Shown here: piece by piece, positions 27,657 through 38,695 of the stretch
How the letters are laid out: every line of letters begins with the position of its first letter
Position numbering within the stretch: position 1 is the first letter of the stretch
Source: Eledone cirrhosa
Taxonomy: Eukaryota
Direction of reading: 5' to 3'
DNA length: 64,000 nucleotides
NCBI GenBank assembly: GCA_964016885.1
Contig: OZ024744.1
Location: 68,820,001-68,884,000, forward strand
Program-made: the position numbers and the translations under genes
Notes under the pieces: generated by a model
Seen by the model: only the letters and a program-made list of their open reading frames with translations
Told to the model about the DNA's origin: nothing
Databases searched by the model: none

Positions 27657-27691
27657 GTGGTCTTTCCCATCTTTTCCACTCTATTTTAAAC

Positions 27692-30600
27692 ATGACCTCA
27701 CTCAGAATAGGCAGCATAAATGCGCGTGGCTTGGGATCGTCATGGAAGCAGGGTCACCTGCTCAACGACCTCAGGTCACTAAACATAGATGTAGTGGCCA
27801 TCAGCGAGACCAGAATCTCCGAAGCACGGGCCTTCGCACCGATCTTCGGCGGCTACGATGTGTACGCATCTCCCAGCCGTCCTGGATCCGGTGGAGGAGT
27901 TGCTGTACTTTTTCGGAGAGGTTTGGATCTCGCCATACGGGCCATCTTCCTGGACCCAGAGGGTAAGCTGGTGGTGCTGGACGTGACCAGCGGAGACGGG
28001 CAAGCTTTCAGGCTAGTGGCCGTCTATGCCCCGACAGGAGCAGGGCGGCCTGATTTCTTCCGGCGTCTGGAGACCTTTCTTGGAACGTCGCGCTCTTTAG
28101 TGTTAGTGGGCGACTGGAACGGGATCTTAGATGCACGCTGGGACTGTGTGGGATTAGCGGATAGGGGTGGAGGGTGCAAGAGCCTCACCAACCTGCTCAG
28201 GCGTTTTGAACTGTCTGACAGGTACCGATTGGATTTCCCGAATGTGCCAATGTGGACTTGGACAAACCGCATAGGGTCATCCAGATCATATCTAGATAGA
28301 GTATTTTGTAGGGAAATAGATAGGTCTAGCATAGGCTGTCCACAATTCAAGATAGTCAGCTACACGGACCACAAATTCGTGATCTGTGTGCTTGACTTAG
28401 ATAGGCTTCATAGACGAGGACCCGGCTACTGGAAGCTAAACGCGTCCTTACCAGCGCGCAAGGCCTACAGAGACCGGATTAGCGAACTAGTTAAGCGGGC
28501 GTTGACGGGGGCCATCGTCAACAACAAGTGGTGGTTTGCTCTGAAAAGAGCGATTAGAATAGAATCGATTAGATTTAGTAAGGCTTTAGCAATAGAGAAA
28601 AATAGAGCAGAGGGAGAACTAGTTAGAAAATTAGACGAGGCGCTTAGCAAAGGCATTGCGACCGACGTGCTTGCGGCGAAATTGGCCCTTGACCAATTCT
28701 TCAATGCAAAGCACGAAGGCTGCGTTGTCAGAGCAAGGGTGCGTGCTCTCAGACACGAGGGGACGAAAGCCGTTCAATGGGCCCGAGTGGCGGAGGCGCG
28801 TCGTGGCAACAAAGCCACGATCCGGTCTTTGGTGGACCACGACGGGCGCATGCTACTCGATCCCGGGCAAATGTGTGAAGCTTTTCAGCGACACTTCGCT
28901 CAGCTGTTCGGGGGCAGCGGTGGGCCGGGTAGAGGGATGGACTTTAGTGTCTACCTCGACGGACTGCCGCGGCTCTCGGCCACTGAGGCGAAGTGTTGCG
29001 AAAAGCCGATAACAGCCGCTGAAGTAAGGGAGGCAATGACTGGCTGCACAAGGGGTAAATCGCCTGGTTTGGATGGTCTGCCCTATGAACTTTACGTACA
29101 GATGCCAGACTTGTTCGGAGGCCTCTTGGCGGACGTCTACTGCAACTGGCAACAGAACGGGAGAATTCCCAGTTCTGTGAGCCGAGGAGCGGTGGCACTG
29201 CTGAGAAAGGATCCGAACAAGGGGGATAAGATAGAAAATTTCCGGCCCATAACTCTGCTAAACACAGAGTTTAAGATTTTGGCCAAGGTGCTAGCAAAGA
29301 GGTTGGCGCTTGTCGTTGGTGGTCTGGTGGGAGAGGCGCAGACATGCGCCATTCCCGACAGATCCATCCACGACAACCTCCACCTCATGCGATACATCGT
29401 AGAGAGGGTAGCTAGGGAACCTGGCACGGGTGGGTCCTTGATCAATTTAGATCAGTCGAAAGCTTTCGATAGGGTCGACCATCGTTACCTAGCGGCAGTC
29501 CTGAGGGCGGCTGGCTTTGGGCCCGTCTTCAGAGGCTGGATCGCTGCCATGCACAGCGACATCTGCTCTGTGGTGAGAGTGAACGGTCACCTGTCGGAAC
29601 CGTTCAACATCATGCGCTCGGTCCGCCAAGGATGTCCCCTCTCGTCCCTCTTGTACGTATTGACTCTCGAGCCATTACTGCACAAACTGGAGACGTTGAG
29701 GGGGGTCCCGCGCGAACTAGGATGCGGAAGATCCGTATCAGCATATGCGGACGATGTCACCGTAGTGGTGTCGAACGCCAAACACATCGAGGCGATCGGC
29801 ACTACACTAAGAGAATACGAAGCGGTGACAGGAGCAATGATCAACCAGGAAAAGTCAGTGGGCCTGCAGCTCGGCACCTGGAGAGGCAGGTCCATGCCGT
29901 CCAACAGCGTCGTCGGACGCTGGACGGACGGACCGGTTAAATTGCTAGGGGTCTGGTTCGGTCCGGACCTCCAGACGGACAAAAACTGGGACGAGGTGAC
30001 GAGCAGGGTGGCTTCTCTCACCCAGAAATGGGCCGAGAGGAAGCTATCCCTGAAAGGTCGAGCGGAGGTGGCTAACGCGTACATCGCGTCCGTCATCTGC
30101 TACCGCCTGACCGTCGTACCTTGTCCTAAGCCTCGCCTGACTGTGCTGGAGCGGTTGCTCTTTCGCTTTTTGTGGAAGGGACGCGCTCCGATGGTCAGGC
30201 GGTCCATCTGTTGTCAACACCCGCTACGTGGAGGGCTGGGCATGCCGTGGCTGATGATGCGCAGGCACGCGCTCAGGCTACGACATCTCCACCTCTTCCT
30301 CGACGGTGATCAGGTGTGGTCGCCGTTTGCTAGACGCGTGTTTCCCCAGCTCGTTTCCTTGACGGAGCTGCAGTCCTGGGTCAAGCGAAGACCGAGAGGG
30401 AGCGCCTGGAGACTGGAATGTCTTCAGGCGCTCACAGCCCTCGACCAATCGGGCAATGTGATCGGTGGAAACTCCACCTCGGCGTTCTATAGAGGATTAG
30501 TGGAGGGGAAGAGCGACGACGTACTTGGGGAAACTCTAGGCGTCGACGAAAATCAACTAGCCAATCTCTTCGGAAGAACTTTCGGGCCAGGGCCTATGGA

Positions 30601-31111
30601 CAACTTCCAGAAATCTCTGGCCTGGCAGTGCTACCGAGGAGCCTTGCCAGTTCGGGATAAACTCTACAGGCATGGAGGTGCCGTCAGCCGGGCATGTCCG
30701 AGATGCGCGCAGGGCGACGAAACCGTCCTGCACGCACTCGTCCAGTGTCCGAAAATTGCTGACTTGTGGGTTTATGTCGAACACCTGCTGTCGCGTTTAG
30801 GACGGATCCGGCTATCATCTGAGTCCATCGTGAGGATTGCCCCGCCCTCCTCCTTTAGCCGGGAAGGGCAGGCAGTTTTTATCTGCCTGGTGGCCATGGC
30901 GAAAGAGATAGTATGGTGGACACGTTTGAAAGGGCTGAAGACGAGCACTTACCTCTTCGGTGATGCTCTGATTGACTTTTTCAAATTTCATTTGAAAAGG
31001 AAAATCAGAGTAGAGAGGGAAGTGCTCTCTTCCCAGCATTTTGTTGAAAGATGGGTGAGAGAAGCAAGAATGGCCCGAGTGAATGGGCCTACTCTGAGCA
31101 TATATCTGTAA
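27692..31111 (+). CDS. Tx1 ORF2: APE endonuclease, reverse transcriptase, zf-RVT (1139 aa)
   Basis: SINARGL, ISETR, GDWN, YLDR, TDH (APE); KSPGLDG, FRPITLLN, KAFDRV, QGCPLS, YADD (RT); CPRC..ETVLHALVQC. Confidence 0.96.
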   Translation: MTSLRIGSINARGLGSSWKQGHLLNDLRSLNIDVVAISETRISEARAFAPIFGGYDVYASPSRPGSGGGVAVLFRRGLDLAIRAIFLDPEGKLVVLDVTSGDGQAFRLVAVYAPTGAGRPDFFRRLETFLGTSRSLVLVGDWNGILDARWDCVGLADRGGGCKSLTNLLRRFELSDRYRLDFPNVPMWTWTNRIGSSRSYLDRVFCREIDRSSIGCPQFKIVSYTDHKFVICVLDLDRLHRRGPGYWKLNASLPARKAYRDRISELVKRALTGAIVNNKWWFALKRAIRIESIRFSKALAIEKNRAEGELVRKLDEALSKGIATDVLAAKLALDQFFNAKHEGCVVRARVRALRHEGTKAVQWARVAEARRGNKATIRSLVDHDGRMLLDPGQMCEAFQRHFAQLFGGSGGPGRGMDFSVYLDGLPRLSATEAKCCEKPITAAEVREAMTGCTRGKSPGLDGLPYELYVQMPDLFGGLLADVYCNWQQNGRIPSSVSRGAVALLRKDPNKGDKIENFRPITLLNTEFKILAKVLAKRLALVVGGLVGEAQTCAIPDRSIHDNLHLMRYIVERVAREPGTGGSLINLDQSKAFDRVDHRYLAAVLRAAGFGPVFRGWIAAMHSDICSVVRVNGHLSEPFNIMRSVRQGCPLSSLLYVLTLEPLLHKLETLRGVPRELGCGRSVSAYADDVTVVVSNAKHIEAIGTTLREYEAVTGAMINQEKSVGLQLGTWRGRSMPSNSVVGRWTDGPVKLLGVWFGPDLQTDKNWDEVTSRVASLTQKWAERKLSLKGRAEVANAYIASVICYRLTVVPCPKPRLTVLERLLFRFLWKGRAPMVRRSICCQHPLRGGLGMPWLMMRRHALRLRHLHLFLDGDQVWSPFARRVFPQLVSLTELQSWVKRRPRGSAWRLECLQALTALDQSGNVIGGNSTSAFYRGLVEGKSDDVLGETLGVDENQLANLFGRTFGPGPMDNFQKSLAWQCYRGALPVRDKLYRHGGAVSRACPRCAQGDETVLHALVQCPKIADLWVYVEHLLSRLGRIRLSSESIVRIAPPSSFSREGQAVFICLVAMAKEIVWWTRLKGLKTSTYLFGDALIDFFKFHLKRKIRVEREVLSSQHFVERWVREARMARVNGPTLSIYL

Positions 31112-31359
31112 ATTAAAGGTGGAAAACTGGGAGAGGGCACTTGCCTTGGTGGTCAGGGTCATTGTGGCTTTTTACTGGGCTTTCTCCACAAATGTCCCTC
31201 CGAAGTCTCCCCCCTATTGGGGAATTTTTCATTGTTATTTTTTGTTACATCCTCTGTTTTTGTTTTTTACACGCAGAAATGCCCATTTGTACCGTCCTGC
31301 ATTGTCCTGCACTGTCCTTAATGTCTACTTTATGTAAACCCTTGTGGTTAATAAAGAAA

Positions 31360-31409
<50 letters not shown>

Positions 31410-31410
<1 letters not shown>

Positions 31411-34400
31411 TTTGAGTCTCAGTCATTGATGTTGGTTAACTGGAAAGTTTGTTGAAATGAATATCAAGCCACTACCTGCAGCCTCAGATATTCAGAACGT
31501 ATCGGAGGGTTCTTGCTGTTCCCAGCAAGCATGCCTTTTGAAGCGTTCCATAAAGCGGGGTGGGGTCAATTTTCTTTAACCATCCCTGAAAACTCTTTGA
31601 GATAGTACCTAGTGCGCCTATGACAATCGGGACGACTTTGACATCATGGCAGTTCCAAATCCTTTTTACCACCCACTTTAAGTCCTGGTATCGGTTAATT
31701 TTCTCCCTCTCCTTCTCTTGCACTCTCGTGTCGAATGGGCAGGCCACATCTACAATCAGACACGATCTTTTTTCTTTGTCCACAACCACCAGGTCAGGTC
31801 TATTGTGTTCCAGTTTCTTGTCCCTCTGTATCCTAAGATCCCACAGCACCTTCACCTGATCGTTCTCCATCACCGCCTCTGGCTTATGCTCATACCACTT
31901 CTCAGAATGTGGTAAATTGTTTACTTTGCATAGGTGCCAGTGGATCACCCTGCCCATCACATCATGTCTCCAGCCCTTATAGTGAGTCTGGGCTAGTTGT
32001 TTACACTCGGATACAATGTGATCCACAGTCTCCTCTCTCTCTCCACAGATCCTGCACAGTGGGCGAGCCTCCTCCTTGTAAATATGATGTTTCAACCACT
32101 TCGTTTTGAGGGCCTGCTCCTGCGCAGCCATTAACATTCCTTCTGTAGCCTTTTTAAGGTCTCCTCTTTTCAACCAGTTCCATGTCTGTGGATCTCTAAA
32201 TTCAGTTTTCTCAAAGAAGGTACTATGAAGGGATTTTTCCTGAAGGCTGCTCTTTCTCCTTGATGTTATTTCCTCCTTGGACATCCCCTGGCCTATTGTC
32301 CCCTCCATCAGTACAGTTCTGAGCATTGGCTCCTTACTATCAGTCACGTATTTGTGTAGGTTGTTTTTCTCCATCTGAACACAGTCCTCTATGCTGATAA
32401 GACCTCTTCCACCTTCAGATCTCCTTAAGTAGAGTCTATCGACATCACTCCTCTTGTGGAACATGTTGTAGATAGTCAATAGCTTGCTAGTCTTCCTATC
32501 CATTTATTTTTGTTCAGCAACATTCCATCTCAGAATTCCCGCACTGTACCTAATAATAGACACAACCCGGGAATTTACTGCACTTATGGCATTCCTACTG
32601 TTCAGATGTGACTTTAATACGCTCCTTATTCTCCGAATGTATTCAGTTCTTATCAATTCCTTCATTTTTTTGTTCTTGATGTCATCAGCCTCCAGAACAC
32701 CCAATTACTTGTATCCTTCTTCAGAGTCAATTTCCTTTATCATCTCACCTGTTGGTACCTGGATTCCGTTACTTCTGCTCAATTTACCCCTCTTCATCAC
32801 AATGACTCCACACTTTCTAATACCAAATTGCATACATATATCATTGCTGAAAATACAGACAGTGTCAACAAGCACATCCAACTCCTTCTCACTCTTCCCG
32901 AAGAGCTTAAGATCGTCCATGAAGAAAAGGTGATTGATGGTAAGCCCTCCCTTTCCCAACCTGTATCCTGCTCTCACTTTTCGCAGTACACTGGTCAGGG
33001 GCATCAGGGCAAGGACAAACAACAGAGGGGACAGACTATCTCCCAGGAAGATACCTCTCTTGATCTTCACTCTTCCCAAGGATACTCCAGTTGATGTTAA
33101 CTCTGTTTCCCAGGACTTCATACTTTTGCCCAACAACTGTCTAATGTTATCTGCCACCTTGAAGATCTCCAGACTTTTGGTGATCCAAGAAAGAGGCACC
33201 ATGTCAAATGCCTTTTTGTAGTCTATCCATTCCATGGCAAGACCAGTGTGTCTGCTCTTGCAATTCCTCATTACCATCTTATCAATAAGTAACTGGTCCT
33301 TTGTACCACGTGACTTCTTTCGGCATCCTTTCTGTTCGTCCGGTAACAAGTTGTTTGTGTGGAGGTGATGGTAGATTTCCTCAGACATAATGCTTCTCAA
33401 CAGTTTCCACATTACGGACAGACATGTGATAGGTCTATAGTTGGTAACATCATTACCCTTGATTCGGTCTTTCGTTATCAGAACTGTGGTTCCTTTTGTC
33501 AACCACTCTGGTACCTCACCTGACATCAAGCAGTCATTGAACATGGTTGTCACTTTCGGGTGGAGGGATGTTATATTTTTAATCCAATACCCCTGCACAC
33601 CATCTGGGCCTGGTGATTTCCAGTTGGTTAGTTAGTTGGCCTGCCCCTTAAGAGTTTCAATGTGATACTCAAATCAGTTTGTTGATGTGCCTGTTCACTA
33701 ATCTCCTTCTGTACTGTCTCAATCCACACTGCCTGTTCATTATGTTTAACATCCTGCTCCCATATTCCTCTCCAGAATGTTTTAGTTTGTTCCGCCTCAG
33801 GGATCAAGTCGTTGCCTCTTTCTTTCCCTTTAAGCTGTCCAAACAGCATCTTCTGGTTGTTGTCGAACATGCGGTTCTGTCTATACTGACTGACTCTGTT
33901 CTTATATCGCCTGATTTTTGCACTCTTTACTACAATGCGTTGCTTCAGTTCCTCTATGATAATATTTAGTTTTTTCCTCCTAGTTTTGTACTTTATTTCC
34001 AGTCTATTTTTAGTGTCTATGTATTTTAGTGTCCCATTCAGTGGGGACTCAAGCTTTCCAATGTCATTTCTCATTTCCCTGATTTGACCATTCAGTCGTT
34101 TCTTCCACCAAGGTTCTGATCTTTCTTGTTTGTTGTTTCCTCTCGCTTTTATACCAAGTAATTTCCTCACCGCATTTGCTGTTGCTTTGAGGATATTGTT
34201 GGACTGGTGAAGGCTCAACGCCTCAAGGTATGGGATGAGTTTGTTTACCTTAGCTGTTGTTTCTTTTAACTTTTTCCTGTCTACAAATCTTAGATTCATA
34301 GGTTTCCCACTATCATTGTTCAATTCATCTACCACTAAGTTTAGGATATCAACCAAATCTTGTTCTAGCCCGTCAGCGTTCATTTCCTCAATAGCCGTAT

Positions 34401-34506
34401 CTTTGTTCCAGGTATTATTTATTTCAGCATTCAGATCATTGTCTGCTTCGGGTGGTTCCTCCGTTCTCTCAACCTCTTCACCTTCATTTCCCACTGGCTC
34501 GTTTGC
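31410..34506 (-). mobile_element. 5'-truncated, disrupted Dong/R4 LINE, family A variant
   Basis: Fragments 33628-34494, 32705-33598, 32504-32704 and 31484-32503 are colinear with the 1130-aa ORF at 34731-38123, with stops and frameshifts; ends in (TAA)n. Confidence 0.93.
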
Positions 34507-34730
34507 CTAATTGTGTGTGCTGACTCACAAATACGTGCACTGCATAACCAAACAAGAGAAAACTAAGACATTTTAGTCTATAGAGTTGCTTGTATATTAT
34601 TATTATTGTTTGTAATTATTATTATTATTATTATTATTATTATTGTTATTGTTATTCCTTGAATCTCAGTCATTGATGTTGGTTAACTGGAAAGTCCGTT
34701 GGATTGAATATCAAGCCACTACCTGCAGCC

Positions 34731-37700
34731 TCAGATATTCAGGACGTATCGGAGGGTTCTTGCCGTTCCAAGCAAGCATGCCTTTTGAAGCGTTCCAAAA
34801 AGCGTGAAGGGGCCGATTTTCTTTAACCATCCCTGGAAACTTTGGGAGATAGTCCCCAGTGCGCCTATGACAATCGGGATCACTTTGACTTCATGGCAGT
34901 TCCAAATCCTTTTCACCTCCCACTTTAGGTCCTGGTATCGGTCAATTTTCTCCCTCTCCTTCTCTTGCACTCTCGTGTCGAACGGACAGGCCACATCCAC
35001 AATCAGGCACGATCTTTTTTCTTTGTCCACAACCACCAGGTCAGGTCTATTGTGTTCCAGTTTTTTGTCCGTCTGTATCCTAAAATCCCACAGCACCTTC
35101 ACCTGACTGTTCTCCATCACCGCCTCTGGCCTATGCTCATACCATTTCTCAGAATGTGGTAGATTGTTTACTTTGCACAGGTGCCAGTGGATCACCCTGC
35201 CCATCACATCGTGTCTCCAGCCCTTATAGTGGGTCTGGGCTAGGTGTTTACACTCGGACACAATGTGAGCCACAGTCTCCTCTCTCTCTCCACAGATCCT
35301 GCACAGTGGGCTAGCCTCCTCCTTGTAGATATGGTGCTTCAACCACTTCGTTTTGAGGGCCTGCTCCTGCGCAGCCATTAGCATTCCTTCTGTAGCCTTT
35401 TTGAGGTCTCCTCTTCTCAACCAGTTCCATGTCTGTGGATCTCTAAATTCAGTTTTCTCAAAGAAGGTACTATGAAGGGATTTTCCCTTAAGGCTGCTCT
35501 TCCTCCTTGATGTTATTTCCTCCTTGGATATCCCCTGGCCTACTGTCCCCTCCTTCAGTACAGCTCTGAGCATTGGCTCCTTACTATAGGTCACGTATTT
35601 GTATAGGTTGTTTTTCTCCATCTGAACACAGTCCTCTATGCTGATAAGACCTCTTCCACCCTCAGATCTCCTTAGGTAGAGTCTATCGACATCACTCCTC
35701 TTGTGGAACATGTTGTAGATAGTCAATAGCTTCCTAGTCTTCCTATCCATTTCTTTTTGTTCAGCAACATTCCATCTCAGAATTCCCGCACTGTACCTAA
35801 TAATAGACACAGCTCGGGAATTTACTGCGCTTATGGCATTTCTGCTGTTCAGATGTGACTTCAATACGCTCCTTACTCTCCGAATGTATTCAGTTCTTAA
35901 CAATTCCTTCATTTTTTGGTTCTTTATGCCATCAGCCTCCAGAACGCCCAAATACTTGTATCCTTCCTCAGAGTCAATTTCCTTTATCATCTCACCTGTT
36001 GGTATCTGGATCCCGTTACTTCTGCTCAACCTACCCCTCCTCATCACAATGACTCCACATTTACCAATACCAAACTGCATACATATATCACTGCTGAAAA
36101 TACGGACAGTGTCAACAAGCACATCCAACTCCTTCTCACTTTTCCCGAAGAGCTTAAGATCGTCCATGAAGAGGAGGTGATTGATGGTAAGCTCTCCCCT
36201 TCCCAACTTGTATCCTGCTCTCACTTTTCGCAGCATAATGGTCAAGGGCATCAGGGCAAGGACAAACAACAGAGGGGACAGGCTATCTCCCTGGAAGATA
36301 CCTCTCTTGATCTTCACGCTTCCCAAGGATACTCCAGTTGATGTCAACTCTGTCTCCCAGGACCCCATACTCCTGCCCAGCAACTGTCTGATGTTATCTG
36401 CCACCCTGAAGATCTCCAGGCTTTTGGTGATCCAGGAATGAGGCACCATGTCAAATGCCTTTCTGTAGTCTATCCATCCCATGGCAAGATCAGTGTGTCT
36501 CCTCCTGCAATTCCCCATTACCATCTTATCAATAAGCAACTGGTCCTTTGTACCACGTGACTTCTTTCGGCATCCTTTCTGTTCGTCCGGCAACAAGTTG
36601 TTTGTGTGGAGGTGATGGTAGATTTCCTCAGACACAATGCTCGTCAACAGTTTCCACATTACGGGCAGACATGTGATAGGTCTATAGTTGGTAACATCAT
36701 TACCCTTGATTCGGTCTTTCATTATCAGAACTGTGGTACCTTTTGTCAACCACTCTGGCACCTCACCCGACACCAAGCAGTCATTGAACATGGCCGTCAG
36801 CTTCGGGTGGAGGGATGTTAAATGTTTAATCCAATACCCCTGCACACCATCTGGGCCTGGTGATTTCCAGTTGGTTAGTTTTTTGGCTTGCCCCTTAAGA
36901 GTTTCAACTGTGATACTCAAATCAGTCTGTTGCTGTGCCTGCTCACCGATCTCCCTCTGTACTGTCTCAATCCACCCTGCCTGGGCATTGTGTCTAACAT
37001 CCTGCTCCCATATTCCTCTCCAGAATGTTTTAGCTTGTTCCGCCCCAGGGATCAAGTCGTTGCCTCTTTCTTTCCCCTCAAGCTGTCCAAACAGCATCTT
37101 CTGGTTGTTGTCGAACATGCGGTTCTGTTTATACTGACTGACTCTGTTCTCGTATCGCCTGATTTTGGCACTCTTTGCTACAATGCGTTGCTTCAATTCC
37201 TCTATGATAATATTTAGCTTTTTACTCCTAGTTTTGTATTTTATTTCCAGTCTATTTTTAGTGCCTATGTTTTTTAGTGTCCCATTCAGTAGTGACTCAA
37301 GCTTTCCTATGTCATTTCTCATTTCCCCGATTTGCCCACTCAGTCGCTTCTTCCACCACGGCTCTGCTCTTTCTTGTCTGTTGTTTCCTCTCGCTTTTAT
37401 ACCAAGTAGTTTCCTCACCGTATTTGCTGTTGCTTTGAGGATATTGTTGCACTGGTGAAGACTCCTCGCCTCAAGGTATGGGATGACTTTGTTTACCTTA
37501 GCTGTTGTTTCTTTTAACTTTTTCCTGTCTACAAATCTTAGGTTCATAGGTTTCCCACTATCATTGTTCAACTCATCTACCACTAAATTTAGGATGTCAA
37601 CCGAATCTTGTCCTAGCCCGTCAGCATTCATCTCCTCAGTGGCCGTATCTCTGTTCCAGGTATTATTTATCTCAGTATTCAGATCATTGTCTGCTTCGGG

Positions 37701-38123
37701 TGGTTCCTCCGTTCTCAGGACCTCCTCACCTTCATTTCCCGCCGGCTCGCTTGTCTGGCATACTACACCCGCCATCTCCAAGCCATTCTCTCTGCTCAGT
37801 TCCTCCAGTTCCAGCTCGCTTATCCACCCATTAGTTCTTATTACCCGAGCCTGCCCGGCCAATTTTTGTTCATCTAATTTAAATAAACCAATCTCGTTCC
37901 AGATGTTATGCATCCGTCTCCTGTAGCCCCTCTCCTTGGGGTTACTTTTCAGGTAGCATTGCATAACAGTTCTATTCAATTCTTTCGTCCAGTTGGTTCT
38001 GGCCCCTTTCCTTCTTCTTCTTCCTCCAACATCAGCAGTATTTGGTTGACAGTCAGGTTCCTGCTGCTGAGCCAGGGGGCACCTGTTGGGTGAGAGTCTG
38101 TCACATGACGTTCTAGTCTCCAT
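34731..38123 (-). CDS. Dong/R4 ORF: RT, CCHC and restriction-like endonuclease (1130 aa)
   Basis: KSPGPDG, NYRPITCL, DYRKAFD, GIFQGDSLSP, LFMDDLK; CRIC..ETVAHIVSEC; RHD; RPDLVV..DVACP..EREK. Confidence 0.96.
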   Translation of the reverse strand: METRTSCDRLSPNRCPLAQQQEPDCQPNTADVGGRRRRKGARTNWTKELNRTVMQCYLKSNPKERGYRRRMHNIWNEIGLFKLDEQKLAGQARVIRTNGWISELELEELSRENGLEMAGVVCQTSEPAGNEGEEVLRTEEPPEADNDLNTEINNTWNRDTATEEMNADGLGQDSVDILNLVVDELNNDSGKPMNLRFVDRKKLKETTAKVNKVIPYLEARSLHQCNNILKATANTVRKLLGIKARGNNRQERAEPWWKKRLSGQIGEMRNDIGKLESLLNGTLKNIGTKNRLEIKYKTRSKKLNIIIEELKQRIVAKSAKIRRYENRVSQYKQNRMFDNNQKMLFGQLEGKERGNDLIPGAEQAKTFWRGIWEQDVRHNAQAGWIETVQREIGEQAQQQTDLSITVETLKGQAKKLTNWKSPGPDGVQGYWIKHLTSLHPKLTAMFNDCLVSGEVPEWLTKGTTVLIMKDRIKGNDVTNYRPITCLPVMWKLLTSIVSEEIYHHLHTNNLLPDEQKGCRKKSRGTKDQLLIDKMVMGNCRRRHTDLAMGWIDYRKAFDMVPHSWITKSLEIFRVADNIRQLLGRSMGSWETELTSTGVSLGSVKIKRGIFQGDSLSPLLFVLALMPLTIMLRKVRAGYKLGRGELTINHLLFMDDLKLFGKSEKELDVLVDTVRIFSSDICMQFGIGKCGVIVMRRGRLSRSNGIQIPTGEMIKEIDSEEGYKYLGVLEADGIKNQKMKELLRTEYIRRVRSVLKSHLNSRNAISAVNSRAVSIIRYSAGILRWNVAEQKEMDRKTRKLLTIYNMFHKRSDVDRLYLRRSEGGRGLISIEDCVQMEKNNLYKYVTYSKEPMLRAVLKEGTVGQGISKEEITSRRKSSLKGKSLHSTFFEKTEFRDPQTWNWLRRGDLKKATEGMLMAAQEQALKTKWLKHHIYKEEASPLCRICGEREETVAHIVSECKHLAQTHYKGWRHDVMGRVIHWHLCKVNNLPHSEKWYEHRPEAVMENSQVKVLWDFRIQTDKKLEHNRPDLVVVDKEKRSCLIVDVACPFDTRVQEKEREKIDRYQDLKWEVKRIWNCHEVKVIPIVIGALGTISQSFQGWLKKIGPFTLFGTLQKACLLGTARTLRYVLNI

Positions 38124-38695
38124 TTCACCGTTATTCGAACTGTTTATGTTCGATATTTAAACACTCTTATCGAGGATTGGCGAATGTATGTTTACATAGC
38201 CATCTGTGGATCCGCCATCCCACTTGGCCCTTGTGTGGCATTATCACCACGCTGTATACGGACACACATAAACAAACAAACACACGGGCAGAAAGGGCCC
38301 CAAAAATGAATAAGCATAAGTTTCATTGTAATGTAGTATTCGAATGTCTGACTTAGTTTTTGTTTTTTAAGTTTTACTTTTTCCCCCCTCTTCTCTGTCC
38401 GTCCGCCTGCTTCTCTCTTCATTCTTATTTTCTTTACGTTTTGGGGTTTCTTTTTTTGTTTTTGTTTTTCTCTGTTTGTTTTTCTCGTTTTTTGCTGTTG
38501 TTGCTGTGCTGCTTTTGTTGTTTGTTTTTTCTTTTTTCTTTTGAGTCTATCTATATATTTTGATGCCTTCCTCTTTGTTAGTAGTAGGAATTCTATAATG
38601 TGGAAGTGGCAGCCAGCAGAGACTGGCGGCGTTGGCGATACTGAGACAGTGGTGGTGGTGATGTCGATACCGAGGCAGTGGTGGCGGTGATGCGA

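Larger units (their letters stand above)
25345..31361 (+). mobile_element. Full-length L1/Tx1-clade LINE, copy 1 (both ORFs intact)
   Basis: 5'UTR, ORF1, ORF2 and 3'UTR with AATAAA; bounded by (TTA)n on both sides. Confidence 0.95.
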
